This document shows, one piece after another, positions 59,435 through 64,000 of a stretch of DNA of 64,000 nt. Position numbers and translations under genes: made by a program. The notes beneath the pieces are model-generated. The model searched no databases, was not told the DNA's origin, and saw only the letters and a list, made by a program, of their open reading frames with translations. Location of the stretch: assembly GCA_046293075.1 (NCBI GenBank), contig JBKBPL010000002.1, forward strand, positions 82,595 through 146,594, given 5' to 3'. The first letter of the stretch is position 1; the number at the start of each line of letters is the position of its first letter. This DNA is from Hyphomicrobiaceae bacterium (GTDB taxonomy: Bacteria > Pseudomonadota > Alphaproteobacteria > Rhizobiales > Hyphomicrobiaceae).

Positions 59435-60175
59435 TCAGTCCTTTGGCCGGCGCTTGGCGAGCCAGTTCTTGAGGTTTTCGGCGAGTGCAGTCGCGCGCTT
59501 GCGAGCCCGGTCTCCGGCAGGATGGGAACCACCCTCACGGCGCCCCTCGGACCGCACCGCCTTATCTGCCTGCGGGCGCGATTGAAGCGCCTCTTTCTGG
59601 CCCGCGCTGACGGCGAGCGTCCGCGCCACATCGGAGAGGAAGCGCGCCGGGTCATCGGCAGCGAGGCGCGGCGCGGCGTCCGCAATAGCATCGAGCAGCG
59701 GCTCCAGCCAGTCCTGATCGGCGCGCGAGAAATCGTGCAGTACCCAGCTTTGCACGAGTTCCTTCACGCCTGGATGGCCAATGCCGATGCGCACCCGCAC
59801 GTACTCGTTGTCGAGGTGTCCGGTGATCGAGCGCAGCCCGTTGTGGCCGGCATTGCCCCCGCCGGTCTTTACGCGGAGTTTCCCGGGCAGGAGATCGAGC
59901 TCATCGTGAAAGACCACGATGTCTTTGGTCTCAAGCTTGAGAAACCGTGCCGCCTCGCCGACGGCACGGCCGCTCTCGTTCATATAGGTATCCGGCTTGA
60001 GCAGGAGAACTCTCACGCCATCCAGCTCGCCATCCGCCGTATAGCCCTGAAAGCGCCGGCGCCAGGGACCGAAGCCATGGCGCTCGGCGATTCGCTCGAC
60101 GGCCATGAAGCCGACGTTGTGCCGGTGCCGGGCGTACTTCGCCCCGGGATTCCCGAGACCGACGAAGAGCTTCAT
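59435..60175 (-). CDS. pth: Peptidyl-tRNA hydrolase (with the basic C-terminal extension seen in many alphaproteobacteria)
   Basis: [26 protein letters not shown]...GHNGLRSI. Confidence 0.9.
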   Translation of the reverse strand: MKLFVGLGNPGAKYARHRHNVGFMAVERIAERHGFGPWRRRFQGYTADGELDGVRVLLLKPDTYMNESGRAVGEAARFLKLETKDIVVFHDELDLLPGKLRVKTGGGNAGHNGLRSITGHLDNEYVRVRIGIGHPGVKELVQSWVLHDFSRADQDWLEPLLDAIADAAPRLAADDPARFLSDVARTLAVSAGQKEALQSRPQADKAVRSEGRREGGSHPAGDRARKRATALAENLKNWLAKRRPKD

Positions 60176-60225
60176 GGCTCACTCGCACGCGCTGGCCGAC
60201 CAAGGGCAAGCCCGGTTCGACGGGC

Positions 60226-60906
60226 CTACTTCTTGCCCTTCGGCGCCTCCTTGGCGGCAGGCGCGGCCTGGGCAGCCGGTGCGGCCGCCTTGCCTTCAGC
60301 CGGTGCGCCGGCAGCCGGCTTTTCTTCCTCATCCTTGCCGCCGGTGCCGGCGATCGTTGCGATCGTGAAATCACGATCGGTAATCGTCGGACTTACGCCC
60401 TCGGGGAGTGTAACCGATGATATATGAACTGAACGGCCGATGGTGAGGCCGGTCAGATCTACCTCGAAGTGCTCCGGGATCTTGTCGGCCGGACACCACA
60501 CCTCGACCTCGTGGCGTACGATGTTGAGCACGCCGCCCCGCTTCAGACCCGGCGAAAGCGCCTCGTTGACGAAGCGCACCGGCACGCCGACCCGCACCCG
60601 GTTGTCGGAGCCGATACGCTGGAAGTCGACGTGGAGCGGGAAATCCTTGACCGGATCGAGCTGGACATCGCGGGGGATCGCTTTGAGCTTCCGCCCGTCA
60701 ATGTCGATATCGAACACCGTCGACAGAAAGCGCCCACGTTTGATGAGAATAAACAAATCGTTGGCGTCGATTTGGATGGCATCGGCGGCTCCCTCGTCGC
60801 CGCCATAGATGACGGCGGGAACCTTGCCGGTGCGCCGGACGGCACGGGCGGCCCCCTTGCCGCTCAGCGCGCGCGCCGACGCCTTGATCACGTTGGCCTG
60901 GGCCAT
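60226..60906 (-). CDS. rplY: 50S ribosomal protein L25 / general stress protein Ctc
   Basis: GKGAARAVRRTGKVPAVIYGG...QLDPVKDFPLHVDFQR. Ala/Lys-rich C-terminal tail. Start at the ATG at 60906. Confidence 0.9.
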   Translation of the reverse strand: MAQANVIKASARALSGKGAARAVRRTGKVPAVIYGGDEGAADAIQIDANDLFILIKRGRFLSTVFDIDIDGRKLKAIPRDVQLDPVKDFPLHVDFQRIGSDNRVRVGVPVRFVNEALSPGLKRGGVLNIVRHEVEVWCPADKIPEHFEVDLTGLTIGRSVHISSVTLPEGVSPTITDRDFTIATIAGTGGKDEEEKPAAGAPAEGKAAAPAAQAAPAAKEAPKGKK

Positions 60907-61357
60907 TCTGCTGTCTCCAAACAAAACCAGCCCCGACCATGGCATGACCGGGGCGCCTGCCTTTGACCGCCGGCCTCCAAGGGTGCCGCGCGGCTTCTCA
61001 GAACAATGAGATGCGCCGCTTATAGCCGCACCGTGCCGGGAGCGCAATCCAGCCTGCGCGGTGGGCTGCGGCCGCGGTCGTCTGCCATCGGAGGACGAAC
61101 TTGTCCGGCGATACAATCTGCGGGACTCGAACTGTGGCGCACAAGGTGTTGACTTGCGGCCACGCCGGCCGGGGACTTCTTAACAGATCGTGTCTTTTCG
61201 CTTTCCTTTGCGGGGGCAGGAGCCACTAATGGCGGCCTATGGGGGTGAGTCGGCCTCTGTACGAAGCGCGGCCGAGTATGAGTAGCTTCGGGCGGGTCGT
61301 GAGTTCTTTGTATCGGCTGTCGCGTGTGCAGAACGTTACGTTAACTCACGGCTTCGA

Positions 61358-62848
61358 GTGGCAGAGCGAATGGCAGTGACTCTTGACAGGAAATGGTCGG
61401 CGGCCCGCACGGGCAGCATTCCGCTGAGGGGGGTCGTGGCTGCGGGCCTGATCGCCGCCAGCCATGTGCTCTCCGTGGCGCCCGTGCGCGCCGAAACGCT
61501 GCATCAGGCCCTGGCCGCCGCCTACAAGTACAATCCGCAGATCGACGCCGAACGTGCTCGCCTCCGCGCCACCGACGAGAGTGTCGCCATAGCCAACTCG
61601 GGCTTTCGGCCAAACATTGCCGGCTCGGCAGACATCACCCATGATTGGCAGCGAACGCGGCCGCCCGCGCTCACCGACGGCAATAATACGTCAAAGGGCT
61701 ACTCCGTCAGCCTCTCGCAGCCAATATTCAACGGCTTTCGTACCATCAACGCGGTGAACGAGGCCGAGGCCACGGTTCGCGCGGGGCGCGAGGTTCTGCG
61801 CAGCACGGAACAGGGCATCCTGCTGCAGGCCGTAACGGCCTTCATGGACGTCATACGCGATCAGGCCATTGTTCGCCTGCGCGAGAACAATGTGAATGTG
61901 CTCTCGCGCGAGTTGCAGGCGACGCGGGATCGGTTCGCCGTCGGCGAGGTCACACGCACGGACGTGGCCCAGGCCGAGGCCCGGAGGGCCGCGTCCATCT
62001 CGGCTCTCGATGTTGCCCGATCAAATCTCAAGATCAGCCGCGCCACCTTCGAGCGCGTTATCGGCCATCCGCCGTCCCGGCTTGTCGAACCCTCAGGCGC
62101 CTACGCGCGTATTCCGAAATCCCAGGACGAGGCCATCACTGTTGCCACCCGCGAAAGCCCTGAGGTCGTCGCTGCCCTCTACAGGGAGCAGGCGGCGCGC
62201 TTCACGGTCGACCGGATCTGGGGCGAGCTGCTGCCGTCGGTGAGTTTGGAAGCAGGCTACTCCCAGCGCTTCGACCCGAGCAAGGTCGTCGACGAGCGCG
62301 AGGGCGCGTCGGTATCCGGCCGCGTCAGCATCCCGATCTACGAGGGTGGTGCCGTTCATGCCCGTGTCCGCCAGGCGAAGCACACGCACCTTGCCGCGCT
62401 CCAGGAGATCGAGCGGGCGCGCACCGTCGCGCGCGAGGGCGTGCTCGCGGCCTGGGCGCAGCTCACAGCAGCCCGCGCGCAGCTCGAATCCGATCAGGCG
62501 GCTGTCGTCGCGGCGCGGACGGCTCTGACGGGCGTGCGCGAGGAGCAGAAGGTCGGCCAGCGCACCATTCTCGATGTCCTCAATGCCGAGCAGGAATACC
62601 TAGCTGCGCAGGTCCAGCTGGAGACCACGCGCCGCAATGTGGTCGTGACGTCCTACCTCGTTCTGCAGTCCGTGGGCCGACTGAACTCAGAGTATCTTGG
62701 TCTGACCAAGCTCGTTTATGATCCCGAGGTTCATTACAACGAGGTGCGCCGCAAGTGGTGGGGCATCAGCATCACCCACAGCGATGGCCGGCGCGAGGAG
62801 CACGATCTCTGGGACCAGCATGGCGCCAAGCGCAAGGCAGCGAAGTAG
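61358..62848 (+). CDS. tolC: TolC-family outer-membrane channel protein
   Basis: Signal peptide ...SVAPVRAETLHQALAAAYKYNPQIDAERARL...NSGFRPNI. Two repeated alpha/beta halves. The start could be 61358 or 61370. Confidence 0.85.
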   Translation: MAERMAVTLDRKWSAARTGSIPLRGVVAAGLIAASHVLSVAPVRAETLHQALAAAYKYNPQIDAERARLRATDESVAIANSGFRPNIAGSADITHDWQRTRPPALTDGNNTSKGYSVSLSQPIFNGFRTINAVNEAEATVRAGREVLRSTEQGILLQAVTAFMDVIRDQAIVRLRENNVNVLSRELQATRDRFAVGEVTRTDVAQAEARRAASISALDVARSNLKISRATFERVIGHPPSRLVEPSGAYARIPKSQDEAITVATRESPEVVAALYREQAARFTVDRIWGELLPSVSLEAGYSQRFDPSKVVDEREGASVSGRVSIPIYEGGAVHARVRQAKHTHLAALQEIERARTVAREGVLAAWAQLTAARAQLESDQAAVVAARTALTGVREEQKVGQRTILDVLNAEQEYLAAQVQLETTRRNVVVTSYLVLQSVGRLNSEYLGLTKLVYDPEVHYNEVRRKWWGISITHSDGRREEHDLWDQHGAKRKAAK

Positions 62849-62866
62849 TCCGCTCTGCCCGCGCCC

Positions 62867-62888
62867 GCTCAGCGCTGAGCCGGCTTTT
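62867..62888 (+). terminator. Weak terminator-like palindrome GCTCAGCGCTGAGC followed by CGGCTTTT
   Basis: Lies between the convergent tolC and tyrC stops. Confidence 0.35.
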
Positions 62889-62896
62889 GCTGTAGT

Positions 62897-63841
62897 TCAG
62901 GTTTTCTTGTCGCGGCTGCTTGCGCCTGCGCGCTGGTGCCGGCCGAAGTCCGGGGCCGAGGTGTCCTGCCCTGCCTCGATGATGCCACGGCGGATGTGGC
63001 GTGCCTCCGTGATCATCCGGAAGAGCGTCTCGCCATCTCCGAAGCGCATGGCGCGCTGCAGGTGAAGCAGGTCCTCTGTAAAGCGGCCAAGCATCTCGAT
63101 CATGGCGACGCGGTTCGTGAGGAACACGTCGCGCCACATGGTCGGGTCGGACGCTGCGATGCGCGTGAAGTCGCGGAAACCGCCCGCTGAGAACTTGATG
63201 ACCTCGCTCTCGGTGACCCGCTCGAGGTGCGCTGCCGTATTGACGATGTTGAAAGCGATGAGATGCGGCACATGGCTCGTGATCGCGAGGACCAGGTCAT
63301 GATGGTCTGCGGCCATGATCTCGACATTGCTGCCGAGCGCCTGCCAGAAAGCCTTCAGGCGATCCACCGCCTTGCTGTCCGCGTCCGGCGGGGGTGTGAG
63401 GACGCACCAGCGCCCATCGAAGAGCTCAGCAAATCCGGCCTCGGGGCCCGAATGCTCCGTGCCTGCAATCGGATGCCCGGGGATGAAGTGGACGCCCGCG
63501 GGGACATGCGGGCCGACGTCGGCAAGCACCGAGCCCTTGACCGAGCCGACGTCGGTCAGGATCGCGCCGGGCTTCAGGCTCCCGGCAATTTCGGCCGCGA
63601 CCGGTCCGCATGCCCGCACGGGCACGCACAAGACGACGAGATCGGCACCTTTCACAGCATCAGCCAGATGAGCGAACACCTCGTCCACGAGCCCGAGGCG
63701 CAGCGCCGTTGCACGCGTGGCATCGGTCTTCGCGGCGCCGACAATGCGGCGGGCAAGCCCGCCGCGCCGCATGGCGTGACTGATCGACGAGCCGATCAAG
63801 CCAATGCCGATCAGGGCGACCGTATCGAAGTGCTGGCTCAT
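62897..63841 (-). CDS. tyrC: Prephenate/arogenate (cyclohexadienyl) dehydrogenase
   Basis: [13 protein letters not shown] (NAD fold)...DVGSVK...[15 protein letters not shown]... Confidence 0.85.
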   Translation of the reverse strand: MSQHFDTVALIGIGLIGSSISHAMRRGGLARRIVGAAKTDATRATALRLGLVDEVFAHLADAVKGADLVVLCVPVRACGPVAAEIAGSLKPGAILTDVGSVKGSVLADVGPHVPAGVHFIPGHPIAGTEHSGPEAGFAELFDGRWCVLTPPPDADSKAVDRLKAFWQALGSNVEIMAADHHDLVLAITSHVPHLIAFNIVNTAAHLERVTESEVIKFSAGGFRDFTRIAASDPTMWRDVFLTNRVAMIEMLGRFTEDLLHLQRAMRFGDGETLFRMITEARHIRRGIIEAGQDTSAPDFGRHQRAGASSRDKKT

Positions 63842-64000
63842 CGCGCCGGGCCCCTCAGAAAGTCCGAAAGCGCCGCGACGACGGCTCGGTTGTCCTCTTC
63901 CGTGCCGATGGTCATGCGCAGCGCGTGAGGAAGCGCATAGCCGGCCACCCGGCGCATGATGATACCGCGACTCTTCAGGAACTCGTCGGCGGCGGAAGCT
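63838..64000 (-). CDS. hisC: C-terminal end of a class-II aminotransferase, probably histidinol-phosphate aminotransferase (5' part outside the window)
   Basis: The minus frame reads ...[47 protein letters not shown]. The TGA overlaps the tyrC ATG (ATGA). The hisC-tyrC pairing is common in alphaproteobacteria. Confidence 0.55.
   Translation of the reverse strand, partial: ASAADEFLKSRGIIMRRVAGYALPHALRMTIGTEEDNRAVVAALSDFLRGPAR

Overview
The window is a visibly GC-rich chromosomal core segment. Its gene content points to an alphaproteobacterium of the Hyphomicrobiales/Rhizobiales type: CtrA, SciP/DUF1153, phosphatidylcholine synthase, an IalB-family protein, DUF1127 small proteins, and ychF-pth-L25. 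I support about 62 protein-coding genes, two of them cut by the window edges, plus one short gene remnant, several intrinsic-terminator-like hairpins and a small family of REP-like GC hairpins. I found no rRNA, tRNA, CRISPR array, transposase, integrase or recognisable defence or toxin cassette. Main blocks in order:
- A hybrid kinase and a LuxR-type regulator next to a DUF4212 + sodium:solute symporter pair.
- The cell-cycle cluster: fliJ-like, ctrA, tatABC, sciP.
- A MATE exporter.
- An orphan receiver plus a multi-receiver hybrid kinase.
- pxpA-MAPEG-DUF3604, divergent from pxpBC.
- meaB, NUDIX and amidohydrolase genes.
- proBA and a cyclase-family gene.
- typA.
- A methylmalonyl-CoA mutase small subunit.
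- phzF-family, LOG and mazG genes.
- pcs.
- A VWA + membrane J-domain pair.
- A rhodanese.
- marR-hlyD.
- Thiolase, histidine phosphatase, coxG-like and tilS.
- SDR and GMC oxidoreductases.
- Two DUF1127 genes.
- pepP-like, djlA-like and amidase genes.
- ettA.
- Quinone reductase-MBL-cupin.
- A yejA-like binding protein and an IalB-like protein.
- ychF-pth-rplY.
- tolC.
- tyrC-hisC.
Nothing here is an unmistakable new system. The best candidates for undescribed biology are (i) the co-directional pxpA-MAPEG-DUF3604 cluster, where a large PHP-like metallohydrolase of unknown function sits in a 5-oxoproline/glutathione-flavoured locus, and (ii) the translationally coupled VWA protein + polytopic J-domain protein pair. 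Smaller items are the 730-bp AT-rich control region upstream of ctrA, the motif cluster upstream of sciP, structured intergenic elements at 33.3-33.6 kb and 43.46-43.53 kb, and the DUF1127 tandem with its palindromic operators. All functional calls come from reading motifs in the supplied translations. No database search was run.
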